Shown here piece by piece: positions 35,210 through 44,962 of a stretch of 64,000 nt of DNA. Position 1 is the stretch's first letter. Each line of letters begins with the position of its first letter. A program made the position numbers and the translations under genes. Under the pieces are notes generated by a model. The model was not told the origin of the DNA and ran no database searches. It saw only the letters and a program-made list of their open reading frames with translations. Origin of the DNA: an uncultured Enterobacterales bacterium (GTDB lineage: Bacteria; Myxococcota_A; UBA796; CAJQPC01); contig CAZFLE010000015.1 in assembly GCA_964519895.1 (NCBI GenBank), forward strand, positions 2,073 through 66,072, read 5' to 3'.

Positions 35210-36624
35210 GCACGTCCCCTCCCCTGGCCCAGATCGCCGTCATCGGCATGGGCGTCATGGGCCTGTCCCTGGCTCGAAACCTCCACAGTCGCGGTCTACG
35301 GGTCGTCGGCTTCGATCGGAGCCCGGCCCGCGCGGCCGCGCTCACCGACACCTGGGGCGACGAGCGCTTCTCCTTCACCAGCGACTACGGGAGCGTCGCA
35401 GCGGCCCTGGAGCGGCCCCGACGGCTCCTGCTCATGGTGACGGCCGGTGCGGCGGTGGACGCGGTCATCGCCGCTGCCAAGCCCTTCCTGGCGCGGGGCG
35501 ACGTGATCGTGGACGGCGGAAACTCCCACTGGCCGGACACGGACCGGCGGGAGCAGGCCCTGGCCGCAGAAGGCCTGCAATTCGTGGGCATGGGCGTGAG
35601 CGGCGGACAGGAGGGGGCCCTGCGCGGGCCCTCGATGATGCCCGGCGGCAGTCCCCAGGCCTGGGACGCCCTGCGGCCCCTGCTCGAGCCGGCGGCCGCG
35701 GTGAGCGACACGGGACCGTGTGTCACCTGGTGTGGCCACGGAAGTGCCGGCCACGCCGTGAAGATGGTGCACAACGGCATCGAGTACGGCGACATGCAGC
35801 TCATCGCCGAGGTGTGGTCACTCCTGCGTCCGGGCCGCACGCCGGGCCAGGTGGCCCAGGTCTTCCACCAGTGGAACGAGGGCCGCTTGCAGAGCTTCCT
35901 GGTGGAGATCACCAGCCACATCGTGGCGGCACGGGATCCGCGCGGCAGCGGCCCCCTGGTGGACGCCATCCTGGACGTCGCCGGCCAGAAGGGCACCGGG
36001 CGCTGGACCGTGGTGGACGCCGTCCAGGCCGGGGTGGCCATGCCCACCGTCGCCGCCGCCGTGGACGGTCGGGTGCTCTCTGCCCGCAAGGCCGACCGGG
36101 TGCGTGCTGCGGGTCTCATCCGCGAAGACCACGCCGCGCCGGACATCGCGTCGGCGGACCTCGAGGCCGCGCTCTATGCCGCCAAGCTCTGCTCCTACTC
36201 CCAGGGATTCAATCTGCTGGCTGCGGCGTCGACCAGCCGCGGCTACGACACAGACCTGGCGGAGATCGCCCGGATCTGGAAGGCGGGCTGCATCATCCGG
36301 GCCCGCTTCCTGGACCGAGTGCACGCGGCCTTCCAGCGGGACCCGGGGCTGACACTGCTGGCCCTGGACCCGGACTTCGCGGCCGAGCTGTCCCAAGCCC
36401 TTCCGGCCCTGCGCCGTGTGGTCGGAGCCGCGATCGGCGCCGGTGTCCCGGTGCCGGCCCTGGCTGCGTCGCTGAGCTGGCTCGACCAGCTGCGGCAGAC
36501 CCGGGGAACCGCCTGCCTGATCCAGGCCCAGCGCGACTGGTTCGGGGCCCACAGCTACAGGCGCACCGAAGCGCCAGATGTGCCTGTGCACACGGAATGG
36601 GGCACACTGGAGCGCCTCAGCTAA
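35206..36624 (+). CDS. gnd: 6-phosphogluconate dehydrogenase (decarboxylating)
   Basis: Carries IGMGVMG, GVSGGQEGALRGPSMMPGG, KMVHNGIEYGDMQLI and QAQRDWFGAHSY motifs. Its GTG at 35206 overlaps the pgl stop. Confidence 0.9.
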   Translation: MSTSPPLAQIAVIGMGVMGLSLARNLHSRGLRVVGFDRSPARAAALTDTWGDERFSFTSDYGSVAAALERPRRLLLMVTAGAAVDAVIAAAKPFLARGDVIVDGGNSHWPDTDRREQALAAEGLQFVGMGVSGGQEGALRGPSMMPGGSPQAWDALRPLLEPAAAVSDTGPCVTWCGHGSAGHAVKMVHNGIEYGDMQLIAEVWSLLRPGRTPGQVAQVFHQWNEGRLQSFLVEITSHIVAARDPRGSGPLVDAILDVAGQKGTGRWTVVDAVQAGVAMPTVAAAVDGRVLSARKADRVRAAGLIREDHAAPDIASADLEAALYAAKLCSYSQGFNLLAAASTSRGYDTDLAEIARIWKAGCIIRARFLDRVHAAFQRDPGLTLLALDPDFAAELSQALPALRRVVGAAIGAGVPVPALAASLSWLDQLRQTRGTACLIQAQRDWFGAHSYRRTEAPDVPVHTEWGTLERLS

Positions 36625-36632
36625 GGACACCC

Positions 36633-38441
36633 ATGCTCCTCGCGCTCGCGCTGGCCCTGGTGGGCTGCGAAGCCGACCCGGCGCCGGCCTCGGACGGACT
36701 GCCGCCGCTGAGCGCTCCCCTGCGGGCGCTCACCCCCACCGAGTACAACAACGCCATCCGCGACCTGCTGGTCCTGCCGGCAGACGGCGCCGACTGGCCG
36801 GCGGCCCCCGACATCGCCGGCCGCTTCACCGCCTCGGAGGGCCAGACCAGCGGCGTCTTCGGCGTCGACGCCGCCGACGAGCCGCCCTGGCCGCGCATCC
36901 TTCCCGAAGAGGCGATGGTCGCGGGCTTCGAGGGCATCGCCAACGGCCAGGAGCCCTCGGCCTACCAGCTCGAGGAGCTCCAGAAGGCCGCCGTGCACTT
37001 CGCCAGCTTCACCCTGGTGTCTTCCAACTTCTTCCAGTGTGAGGACTGGGCCAGCTCCCAGGATGCCGACTGCGCCTGGGCCAGCCTGGCTCGCTTCGCC
37101 CAGCGGGCCTGGCGGCGCCCCCTCGCAGCCGACGAGCGCCAGCGGCTCCTGGACTTCTGGACCAGCAACCTGGACGCCGGCACCGCCGAGGAGGCCGTGG
37201 TCCTGACCGCGGCCGGCATCCTCCAGGCGCCGCAGTTCGTCTTCCGCATCGAGCGGGGCGACCCGGCGACCACCACGGCGTCCCAGGTGGCCCTCACGGA
37301 CTGGGAGGTCGCCACCCGGCTGTCGTTGTTGTTGTGGGACTCGATGCCCGATCCGACCCTCTTCCAGGCCGCGGCCGACGGCGAGCTGTCCACCGAAGAG
37401 GGCGTGCGCACCCAGGTCCGGCGGATGCTCCAGGACGACCGCGCACACGCCGCGCTGGTGCGCTTCCACGACCAGTGGCTCGGCACCGACGCCGTGCACG
37501 ACGTGTCGCCTGACCGCTCGGCCTATGGGCCCCTCTATGGGCTGGACCCGGACCCCGAGCTCGACACCACCGGCGACGCGGACTGGCCGTCCGTGTTGGG
37601 CCCGGTGCGCTACTCGATGGAGGCCGAGGTCTTCCTGTTCGTCCGCGACGTGCTGTTCGGGGACGAGCCGACCCTGACCCGGCTCCTGACCCACGACCAA
37701 GGCTGGTCGTCCAGCTACACCGAGCCGCTCTACGGCGACGTGGAGACCCTCGAGGGCGACACCGAGCGCTGGCCCTACGAGACCATCATCGCCAGCCTGC
37801 CGACCCAGGGCACCCTCACCCTGCGCCCCATCGCCTTCCCCCCCGGTGAGCGGGCCGGCCTGCTCACGCTGCCGGCCTTCCTCGCGGTGGGGGCCTACAC
37901 CGTGCACCCGGCCCCCATCCTGCGAGGGCACACGATCCTGGAGCGGGTGACCTGCACCGACCTGGGGGTGCCACCCCAGGGCGCCGAGGCCGAGACCCCC
38001 CAGGACACCCTGGACGCCGAGTCCACCAACCGGGCTCGGACCGAAGAAGCGACCAGCGCCGCGGAGTGTGCGGGCTGCCACGACATGCTCAACCCAGCGG
38101 GCTTCGCCTTCGAGCACTACGACGCCATGGGCATGTTCCGCACCACCGACAATGGCCAGCCGGTGGACGCCAGCGGGTCGACGAGCATTGGGGGCGAGGA
38201 CTTCAGCTTCATGGACGCCCTGGGGCTGAGCCTTCAGCTGGCCGCCAGCGAGCGGGTCCGGGACTGCTACAGCCTCCACTGGGCACGGTCGGCCACCGGG
38301 CTGAGCCTCGACGAGCACGACGACCGGATCGCAGACCTGCAGGCCTCCTTCCGGGCCGACGACGACGTGCTCCAGCTGCTCGAGGACCTGGCGGCCAGTG
38401 CGCTCTTCCGGACCCTGCAGACCGAGGAGGACAGCCGATGA
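36633..38441 (+). CDS. DUF1592/DUF1595/DUF1588-type lipoprotein with a CxxCH heme-binding motif
   Basis: Lipobox LALALVGC, LTPTEYNNAIRDLL (DUF1587-like), and the CAGCH motif with NPAGFAFEHYD. The start was trimmed to the ATG at 36633. Confidence 0.75.
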   Translation: MLLALALALVGCEADPAPASDGLPPLSAPLRALTPTEYNNAIRDLLVLPADGADWPAAPDIAGRFTASEGQTSGVFGVDAADEPPWPRILPEEAMVAGFEGIANGQEPSAYQLEELQKAAVHFASFTLVSSNFFQCEDWASSQDADCAWASLARFAQRAWRRPLAADERQRLLDFWTSNLDAGTAEEAVVLTAAGILQAPQFVFRIERGDPATTTASQVALTDWEVATRLSLLLWDSMPDPTLFQAAADGELSTEEGVRTQVRRMLQDDRAHAALVRFHDQWLGTDAVHDVSPDRSAYGPLYGLDPDPELDTTGDADWPSVLGPVRYSMEAEVFLFVRDVLFGDEPTLTRLLTHDQGWSSSYTEPLYGDVETLEGDTERWPYETIIASLPTQGTLTLRPIAFPPGERAGLLTLPAFLAVGAYTVHPAPILRGHTILERVTCTDLGVPPQGAEAETPQDTLDAESTNRARTEEATSAAECAGCHDMLNPAGFAFEHYDAMGMFRTTDNGQPVDASGSTSIGGEDFSFMDALGLSLQLAASERVRDCYSLHWARSATGLSLDEHDDRIADLQASFRADDDVLQLLEDLAASALFRTLQTEEDSR

Positions 38442-39820
38442 TCCATCGACGACGCTTTCTCCAGACCCTGGGACTCGGCGCGGTAGGTGCCGGCACCCTG
38501 TCCAGCCGGACCCTCTGGGCCGATCAGCACGAGGCCCCGAAGCGGCTGTTGATCATCTCCCACTGCCACGGCTGGCCCTATGAGAGCTGGCGGCTCCGCC
38601 CAGAAGGCCTGTCCGACGACGCGCCCTGGGAGCTGGAGCTGACGACTCTGGACGCCGACGAGCTCTCCGCACCCCTGGCCCCGCTGCACGCCCACCGCAG
38701 CCGGCTGGTGGCCCTGGACGGCCTGTCCTTGGCGACCGCCGAGCTGGACATGGACGGCAACCGCCACGACACCGGCTGGGTGCACGCCTGGACCGGGGAC
38801 AATGCGGATTTTTCCGACTCGGACACCCGCAGCCGCTCCCCGAGCATCGACCAGCGCATCGCCGCCGCCATCTCGCGCCTGGACCGCCTGCCGTCGTTGG
38901 AGCTCTCGGTCGACGCAAGCGGCGAGAGCGGCCGACCCATCGCCTATGCCCAGAACGGCGTGCGGCTGCCGGTGGCCAACACGCCGCTGCTGGCCTGGGA
39001 GCGCCTGTTCGGGCTCACCTCGAACGCCGATCCACTGGTCCTGCGCCAGAGGGAGCAGCTCGCCTATGCCCACGCCGAGTACCAGGCGGTGTGTCCAAGC
39101 CTGGGCCGGGCGCAGCAGGAGCGGCTGACCACCCACTTCGACCTGCTCGACGACCTGATCGCCCGCATCACGGGGCTGGCGAGCCTGACCTGTGACACCG
39201 TGCCCGAGCCGGTCACGTCGGTCGCCAGCTACGACGAGAACTTCGACGCCTTCGCCGAGCTGATCGGTGCGGCCTTCGCCTGCGACATCACCCGAGTCGC
39301 GAGCCTGTCCCTGGGCGAGCTGCCCACCGCGGACTTCGGCTGGGACAGCCTGACCGACGACGTGCACAAGGGCATCGCCCACGGGGTCTACGACAGCCCC
39401 ATGAAGCTCCAGGCGATGACCGACTACCTGACCCTGCACAGCGAACAGGTGGCGCGGCTGGTCTCGCTACTGGAGAGCCTGCCCGACGTGGACGGCCGCT
39501 CGGTCATGGACAACACCCTCATCGTCTGGGGCTCGGAGCTGGGGGATGGTTGGCACGGCTACCAGCACTGGTGTCCGCTCCTGATCGGGGGGGACTGGCA
39601 CTTCCCCACCGGCCGCTACGTGCACGAGCCCCACGCCACACCGGTCGAGATCCTGGTGCCCGACGGCTACGCCACAGTGTCCGGCCTGCCCCACCAGCAC
39701 CTGTTGGTGAGCGTCGCCCAGGCCCTGGGACTGGACCTGGACAGCGTGGGCATCGACGCGACCTGGAGCCAGACCGGGGATCGGATCGACTGCAGCGGCC
39801 CGCTTGCGGTGCTGACGTGA
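38438..39820 (+). CDS. DUF1552 family protein with a Tat signal
   Basis: Twin-arginine leader MIHRRRFLQTLGLGAVGAG. ATGA overlap with the upstream gene. This is the classic DUF1592/DUF1552 gene pair. Confidence 0.75.
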   Translation: MIHRRRFLQTLGLGAVGAGTLSSRTLWADQHEAPKRLLIISHCHGWPYESWRLRPEGLSDDAPWELELTTLDADELSAPLAPLHAHRSRLVALDGLSLATAELDMDGNRHDTGWVHAWTGDNADFSDSDTRSRSPSIDQRIAAAISRLDRLPSLELSVDASGESGRPIAYAQNGVRLPVANTPLLAWERLFGLTSNADPLVLRQREQLAYAHAEYQAVCPSLGRAQQERLTTHFDLLDDLIARITGLASLTCDTVPEPVTSVASYDENFDAFAELIGAAFACDITRVASLSLGELPTADFGWDSLTDDVHKGIAHGVYDSPMKLQAMTDYLTLHSEQVARLVSLLESLPDVDGRSVMDNTLIVWGSELGDGWHGYQHWCPLLIGGDWHFPTGRYVHEPHATPVEILVPDGYATVSGLPHQHLLVSVAQALGLDLDSVGIDATWSQTGDRIDCSGPLAVLT

Positions 39821-40368
39821 TCGGCCTGTGGCTGGGGCTCGGCTGTGGCGGCGGCACGCTGACGACCGGCACGACGGGTGTCGACACCGGCGCGGCGTCC
39901 ACCGGCACCGCGTGCTGGTGGTGTGTCGACACCGGCCTGGACAGCCAGGACACCAGCGACCCCACGGACTCGAACTCCAAGACCGGCAAGGACGACACCG
40001 GCAAGGGCGGCGACGAGGTGCTGTCCGGTCGGCAGGCCCAGGGCTCCGGCCTGGGGAGCCTGAGCTTCGCCGACTACGACGCGTCGGCCTACTGCGGCCT
40101 GAACCTGGAGGTCGTCGAGGCCACCGCCGCAGACACCTGCGACGACTGCGACTTTGCCTGGCTCGTCACCCTGAGCGACACGGCCGAGGTGACCAAGGAC
40201 GGTGGCGGCTGCGGCCCTGGTCTGGCCTATGAGGGCACGTCGAACTGGTGGGGGCACGGCGCCGACGGCCAGCTCTGGTCGTCGACGGACGGCGGGGCCT
40301 GGTCTGCCGAGAGTGGTTCGACGAGCAAGGTGATGGGCATGTCGTGGACGTGGAGCCTGAACCTCTGA
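39817..40368 (+). CDS. Hypothetical Thr/Gly/Asp-rich, Cys-containing lipoprotein
   Basis: Its GTG start overlaps the DUF1552 stop (GTGA). It has the lipobox LGLGC and a low-complexity region with VDTG repeats. Confidence 0.4.
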   Translation: MIGLWLGLGCGGGTLTTGTTGVDTGAASTGTACWWCVDTGLDSQDTSDPTDSNSKTGKDDTGKGGDEVLSGRQAQGSGLGSLSFADYDASAYCGLNLEVVEATAADTCDDCDFAWLVTLSDTAEVTKDGGGCGPGLAYEGTSNWWGHGADGQLWSSTDGGAWSAESGSTSKVMGMSWTWSLNL

Positions 40369-40381
40369 CGGACGCTGACGC

Positions 40382-40570
40382 TCACCCCGCCCTCGCCCGC
40401 GCCCGCCACCGGGACGGACTCACCCCCACCTGCCGCTTGAACGCCCGTGAGAACGCCGCCTCGGAGCCATAGCCGACGCCCTCGGCGATGTGCGCCAGGC
40501 CCGCGCCCTCGCGCAGGCCCCGGCGGGCCAGCACCGCGTTCGCCGTCGACGCCTTCCGGGTCGGTCGGGC
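40382..40570 (-). pseudogene. AraC-family regulator remnant (only the last HTH is retained)
   Basis: The tail IAEGVGYGSEAAFSRAFKRQVGVSPSRWR is the AraC second HTH. Everything upstream is occupied by the 3' end of the FG-GAP gene or lacks AraC-like sequence. Confidence 0.5.
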
Positions 40571-40586
40571 CGCCCAGGCCGTCTGA

Positions 40587-41969
40587 TCAGCGGAACAGCC
40601 ACACGACCCCGGCCCCTTCGGCGTCGCCCAGGGCCCCCCAGGCCCCGACCGCCAGGGCATCGCGCCCGTCTCCGCCGCCACCGGGGATGGCCGCGAGGCC
40701 CTGGGAGAAGGCGTCGCCGTCGGCGTGACCGGAGGTGCTGTCCAGGGTGTCGACTGCGGTGGTCCCCAGGGGCGTGCCCCACGCCAGCCACAGCACACCG
40801 GGACCGGACTCGCCCTGGGGGCCCACCGGCGCGTGGGGTGCGCCGAAGACCACGTCGTCACGGCCGTCGCCGTCGAGGTCCAGGTCCGTCGCCAGCGTGG
40901 TGCCGACGCGGTCCCCCGCTCGCTGGCCGGTGAGCAGCCCGTCGGGTTCGTCGCTCGGAGGACTCAGGTGGATGGCGACGCTGCCCGCGTGGTCGGCCAC
41001 CCGGCCGTCCTCGGGCGCACTCACGACCAGGTCGGCCAGCCCGTCGCCGTCCAGATCGCCGCCCAGGGCCAGCTGAGCCCCGGACGCGCCCGTACCGCCC
41101 ACCCGGTGATCCGCATCCGCCACCGCCAGGCCGTCCGGGACCGGTGCCAGGAAGATCGCCGCCCGGCCACCGCCACCCAGAGCCCCAGGCGCCCCGATGG
41201 CCAGGTCCAGGAGACCGTCGCCGTCCACGTCGCCGGCGGACAGCGACGTGCCCGCTTCGTGTCCGTCGGCCGTGCCAGAGACCCGCTCCGAGACGGACCA
41301 GAGCGGCACGTCGCCGGGCTCGAAGGGCCCACTGGCCACATAGACGACCCCTCGGCCATCGCCCTCGAAGGGCGCTGAGACGGCGACTTCGGCGGCACCG
41401 TCGCCGTGGTGGTCACCGAGACCGACCACGGCATGTCCGGTTCCCGCGTAGGGCGTGATGCCGATCAGGCGGGTCTGCACGGCGCTGATCCGCCCCCGGT
41501 AGGCCACCGGGCCGGGCACCCAGCCCGCGTAGCCGGACCCGTCCTCGAGGCCATCCGGCGCTCCCAGCCACAGATCGGGCACGCCGTCCCCGTCCACGTC
41601 CCCGGCTGCAGCGACCTCCGTGCCCAGGGCCCCTGGCGCAGGATCGTCCGGCTCTGCGACCCGCACCGCTGTCGGCGAGAGCGCCGCGATGCCGACGATG
41701 TCGACAGGGGCCAGATACGCGAGGTCAGGGACCTGGGCCTGGGGTGCCGTGACCACCAGGTCCGCGGCGCCGTCGGCGTCCAGGTCGCCGGCCATCACCA
41801 GGGCGTAGCCGGCCCGGCCGTGGATCTGGTCGCCCACCAGGCAGCCCTCGGCCACCAGCCCGCCCAGCACCGCTCCTGTCACGCAGAGGGGCGCGGGCTC
41901 CTCGTCGACCCACGGACACTCCGCGGCCGGGCACCAGTCGCACCCCCCGGTGAAGAGCAACAGCAGCAT
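40587..41969 (-). CDS. FG-GAP repeat (integrin-alpha-like beta-propeller) protein
   Basis: About seven repeats of the GD(L/V)DGDGxxDLxxxAP type. The N-terminus is hydrophobic and Cys-rich. Confidence 0.8.
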   Translation of the reverse strand: MLLLLFTGGCDWCPAAECPWVDEEPAPLCVTGAVLGGLVAEGCLVGDQIHGRAGYALVMAGDLDADGAADLVVTAPQAQVPDLAYLAPVDIVGIAALSPTAVRVAEPDDPAPGALGTEVAAAGDVDGDGVPDLWLGAPDGLEDGSGYAGWVPGPVAYRGRISAVQTRLIGITPYAGTGHAVVGLGDHHGDGAAEVAVSAPFEGDGRGVVYVASGPFEPGDVPLWSVSERVSGTADGHEAGTSLSAGDVDGDGLLDLAIGAPGALGGGGRAAIFLAPVPDGLAVADADHRVGGTGASGAQLALGGDLDGDGLADLVVSAPEDGRVADHAGSVAIHLSPPSDEPDGLLTGQRAGDRVGTTLATDLDLDGDGRDDVVFGAPHAPVGPQGESGPGVLWLAWGTPLGTTAVDTLDSTSGHADGDAFSQGLAAIPGGGGDGRDALAVGAWGALGDAEGAGVVWLFR

Positions 41970-41990
41970 GGGCCCACGGTAGTCCAGGGT

Positions 41991-42470
41991 CTACAGGAAC
42001 AGCGCCCGCTCGTGCTCCGTCACGTGCTCCCGAGGGGCCGGCAGTGTGGTGGTGTGGCCCGTGGGCAGGAAGCCATGCCGCGCATAGAGCCTCACCGCCG
42101 GCAGGTTGGCGTCCGCGACCTCGAGCAGCAGCGTGTGCTCGCCGAGCTCCCGGGCCCAGGCCACCAGCGCCTGGACCAAGGCGTCGCCCAACCCTCTGCC
42201 CCGGCTCTCGGGCGCAACCCACATGGAGAGCAGCCAGGACGTGCGCGCCCGGTCGGCGTCCGGTCCGCCCCGCACGATGCCCACGTCGGCGCCACCATCG
42301 ACCGCGACAAAGGTGGCCAGATCACGGACCTGCTGATCCCAGCTCTCCGGGGGACGCTGGGCGGTCTCGGCGTAGGTGCTGGCGAAGGCGTCGGGGGCCT
42401 CTTGCAGCGACCGCAGCCGAATCGCCCGCAGGCGCGGCCCTTCGTCGGGCCCCAGGCGAACCACGATCAT
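41991..42470 (-). CDS. GNAT family N-acetyltransferase
   Basis: WVAPESRGRGLGDALV (the acetyl-CoA loop) and RLYARHGF. The start is at 42470 (MIVVRL) or 42506. Confidence 0.75.
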   Translation of the reverse strand: MIVVRLGPDEGPRLRAIRLRSLQEAPDAFASTYAETAQRPPESWDQQVRDLATFVAVDGGADVGIVRGGPDADRARTSWLLSMWVAPESRGRGLGDALVQALVAWARELGEHTLLLEVADANLPAVRLYARHGFLPTGHTTTLPAPREHVTEHERALFL

Positions 42471-42597
42471 CGGGTCTTCAGGGTCGGGATCAGCGGAGGC
42501 ACCCACGCCCTCTATCCACCGCTGTCAGGAGACCGCTCTGGGGGCTGCCGGAGTCCGGGTCTTCGGGGTATGGATCCAACACCTTCTTGGAGCACCG

Positions 42598-44100
42598 ATG
42601 ACCTCTGCCAAGACCGCCCTGCAGGCCATCCGGAATCACGCCGGCACCCGCCAGACCCTGGGCCTGGACGACGCGACTGTCGACCGCTTCCTGGCCCTCG
42701 ATCCAACCCTGGCCGAAGCCATCCTGGCGGCCCAGGCCGAGCACAAGGCCATGGCCGCGGACCACGCCGAGCTGCTGGCCGCCGACGAGGCCGCCTTGGC
42801 CCTGGCACTTCAGACCGACTTCGTGAACTTCTACCCGCCCGAGACGGTGAACCCCTACGTGGCCCTGGCTGCCCGGGGTCCCTGGGTCATCACCACCCAC
42901 GGCGCAGTCATCCACGACAACGGCGGCTACGGCATGCTCGGCATGGGCCACGCCCCCGCCGAGATCCTGGCGGTCATGGCCCAGCCCCACGTGATGGCCA
43001 ACGTCATGACGCCCAACGCCAGCCAGAAGCGCTTCGCGACCCTGCTCCAGGCCGAGATCGGCCAGACACGCACGGACGGCTGTCCCTTCACCCGCTTCAT
43101 CTGCATGAACTCGGGCTCCGAGTCGGTGACGGTCGCCTGCCGGATCTCCGACGTGAACGCCCTGCGCCAGACCGGCCCGGGGGGCCGCCACCAGGGGCGG
43201 ACCATCAAGTTCCTGACCCTGGAGGGCAGCTTCCACGGGCGCACCGACCGGCCGGCCCAGGCGTCCGACTCCTGTGTCAGCACCTACCGCAAGCACCTGG
43301 CCAGCCACCACGGCAACGACAACCTGGTCACGGTGCCGATCAACGACGTGTCGGCTCTGCGAGCGGCCTTTGCCGACGCAGACGCCCAGGGTGTCTTCCT
43401 CGAGCTGTTCCTGATGGAGCCCGTGATGGGCGAGGGCAACCCGGGCGAGGGCGTGACGCCCGAGTTCTACGCCGCCGCCCGCGAGCTCACCCGGGCCCAC
43501 GGCGGATTGTTGCTGGTCGACAGCATCCAGGCCGGCATCCGCGGCACCGGGTACCTCTCCGTGGTCGACTACCCCGGCTTCCAGCACCTCGACCCGCCGG
43601 ACCTGGAGACCTGGTCCAAGGCCCTGAACGCCGGGCAGTACCCCATGAGCGTGCTCGGCCTGACCGCCAGTGCTGCGGCGCTCTACCAGCGCGGCATCTA
43701 CGGCAACACCATGACCACCAACCCCAAGGCCCTCGACGTGGGCTGTGCGGTGCTCAGCGGCCTGACCCCCGCGATCCGAGAGAACATCCGGGCCCGGGGC
43801 CGACAGCTGGTCGCCGGCTTCAACCAGCTGGCCCGCGAGTTCCCCGGCGTGGTCACCAACGTCCAGGGCACCGGGCTCTTGTGCTCCTGCGAGCTCACCC
43901 CGAGCATCGAGGTGGTGGGCTACGACGGCATCGAGACCTGGCTGCGAAAGCACGGCCTGGGGGTGATCCACGGCGGCGAGAACAGCCTGCGCTTCACGCC
44001 CTGGTTCAGCCTGAGCGAAGCCGAAGCCGACCTGATCGTGGACTGTGTCCGCCAGGGCATCGCGGCCTTCGTGGGCGCCCAGGCCGCCGCGAGCAAGTAG
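42598..44100 (+). CDS. Class III PLP-dependent aminotransferase
   Basis: Carries NSGSESV, EPVMGEGN, LLVDSIQAG and SKAL (Lys) motifs. The start was trimmed to the ATG at 42598. Confidence 0.8.
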   Translation: MTSAKTALQAIRNHAGTRQTLGLDDATVDRFLALDPTLAEAILAAQAEHKAMAADHAELLAADEAALALALQTDFVNFYPPETVNPYVALAARGPWVITTHGAVIHDNGGYGMLGMGHAPAEILAVMAQPHVMANVMTPNASQKRFATLLQAEIGQTRTDGCPFTRFICMNSGSESVTVACRISDVNALRQTGPGGRHQGRTIKFLTLEGSFHGRTDRPAQASDSCVSTYRKHLASHHGNDNLVTVPINDVSALRAAFADADAQGVFLELFLMEPVMGEGNPGEGVTPEFYAAARELTRAHGGLLLVDSIQAGIRGTGYLSVVDYPGFQHLDPPDLETWSKALNAGQYPMSVLGLTASAAALYQRGIYGNTMTTNPKALDVGCAVLSGLTPAIRENIRARGRQLVAGFNQLAREFPGVVTNVQGTGLLCSCELTPSIEVVGYDGIETWLRKHGLGVIHGGENSLRFTPWFSLSEAEADLIVDCVRQGIAAFVGAQAAASK

Positions 44101-44103
44101 CGC

Positions 44104-44892
44104 TCAGCTGAACCGGCGCATGAGCCAGTAGACCAGGCCTGGGCACAGGCGCATCAGCACGTCCACCGCGACGCCGTGGCCGGTGATGACCTTGCGTCGA
44201 CGACGCCTGGCGATGGCGGCGACCATCACCCGGGCCGCCCGATCGGCCTTCCACATGATCAGCTCTGGCCGCTTGTCGACGCGGTCCTCGTGGAACACGC
44301 CCTTGTTGTCGACCTGGTTGATCTCGGACTCCACGAAGCCGGGGTGCAGGGCCGTGCAGCTGACGCCAGTGCCCTTGAGATCGATGTAGAGCCCGTCGCC
44401 GTAGGCCCCGACCGCGGCCTTGCTCGCCGCATAGGCCGCGCCGGTCGGGTAGCTCACGAACGACGCCACGCTGCCCATCAAGGCCAGCCGGCCGCCGGTC
44501 TTGAGCAGCTCTGGGAGCGCGGCCTGGACCGTGCCCACCACCCCGAACACGTTCACGCCCAGCTGCCGCTGGAAGTCTTCGACCGTGGCGTGGTGGCCCT
44601 TCTTGGCGATGCCGAAGCCCGCGTTGGCCACCGCCACATCGAGCCCGCCCCACGCCTCCACGATGTGCGCCACGGCGCCGACGAGGGCGGCCTGGTCTTG
44701 CACGTCACAGGGGACCGCGAGGCCCTCACCGCCTGCAGCCTGGACCTGGGCCACGGTCTGGTCCAGCTTCTCTGTCCGGCGTCCAGATACCGCGACGCGG
44801 GCCCCTTGACGGGCGAATTCGACAGCGATGGCGCGGCCGATGCCGCTGCCCCCGCCCGTGATCCAAGCGACCTTGCCTGCGAACTCACCCAT
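44104..44892 (-). CDS. Short-chain dehydrogenase/reductase (SDR)
   Basis: Carries TGGGSGIGRA and YAASKAA motifs. The start was trimmed to MGEFAGK at 44892. Confidence 0.85.
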   Translation of the reverse strand: MGEFAGKVAWITGGGSGIGRAIAVEFARQGARVAVSGRRTEKLDQTVAQVQAAGGEGLAVPCDVQDQAALVGAVAHIVEAWGGLDVAVANAGFGIAKKGHHATVEDFQRQLGVNVFGVVGTVQAALPELLKTGGRLALMGSVASFVSYPTGAAYAASKAAVGAYGDGLYIDLKGTGVSCTALHPGFVESEINQVDNKGVFHEDRVDKRPELIMWKADRAARVMVAAIARRRRRKVITGHGVAVDVLMRLCPGLVYWLMRRFS

Positions 44893-44962
44893 CGGTGCAC
44901 CCTCCTCGGCAGCGCCTCTATCCGGTGCCGTTACATTCCCGCCCTCGATCCGGGAGATCCAG

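Noticed and set aside
39840-40020. Short DNA repeats (gtcgacaccggc, gacaccggcaag) that could look like a tandem array or CRISPR.
   Set aside because: They are in frame within a low-complexity Thr/Gly/Asp-rich coding region (VDTG repeats). There is no regular spacer architecture. No CRISPR array was seen anywhere in the window.
42585-42597. A recurrent tggagcacc sequence just upstream of three start codons (42598, 47680 and the 50587 region).
   Set aside because: It is most simply a GGAG Shine-Dalgarno sequence in a similar GC-rich context. Three occurrences are not enough to propose a regulatory motif.
41406-44111. A very long alternative-frame ORF of 901 aa. Similar cases include 305..1810, 1901..3244, 4123..5952, 5097..6701, 27483..29318, 36621..38318, 44176..46491 and 44918..46939.
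   Set aside because: Their translations are Arg/Pro/Gly/Ala-rich and low-complexity, with no motifs. They overlap, in another frame or on the other strand, genes with clear family signatures. This is the expected stop-codon-poor artefact of ~70% GC DNA.
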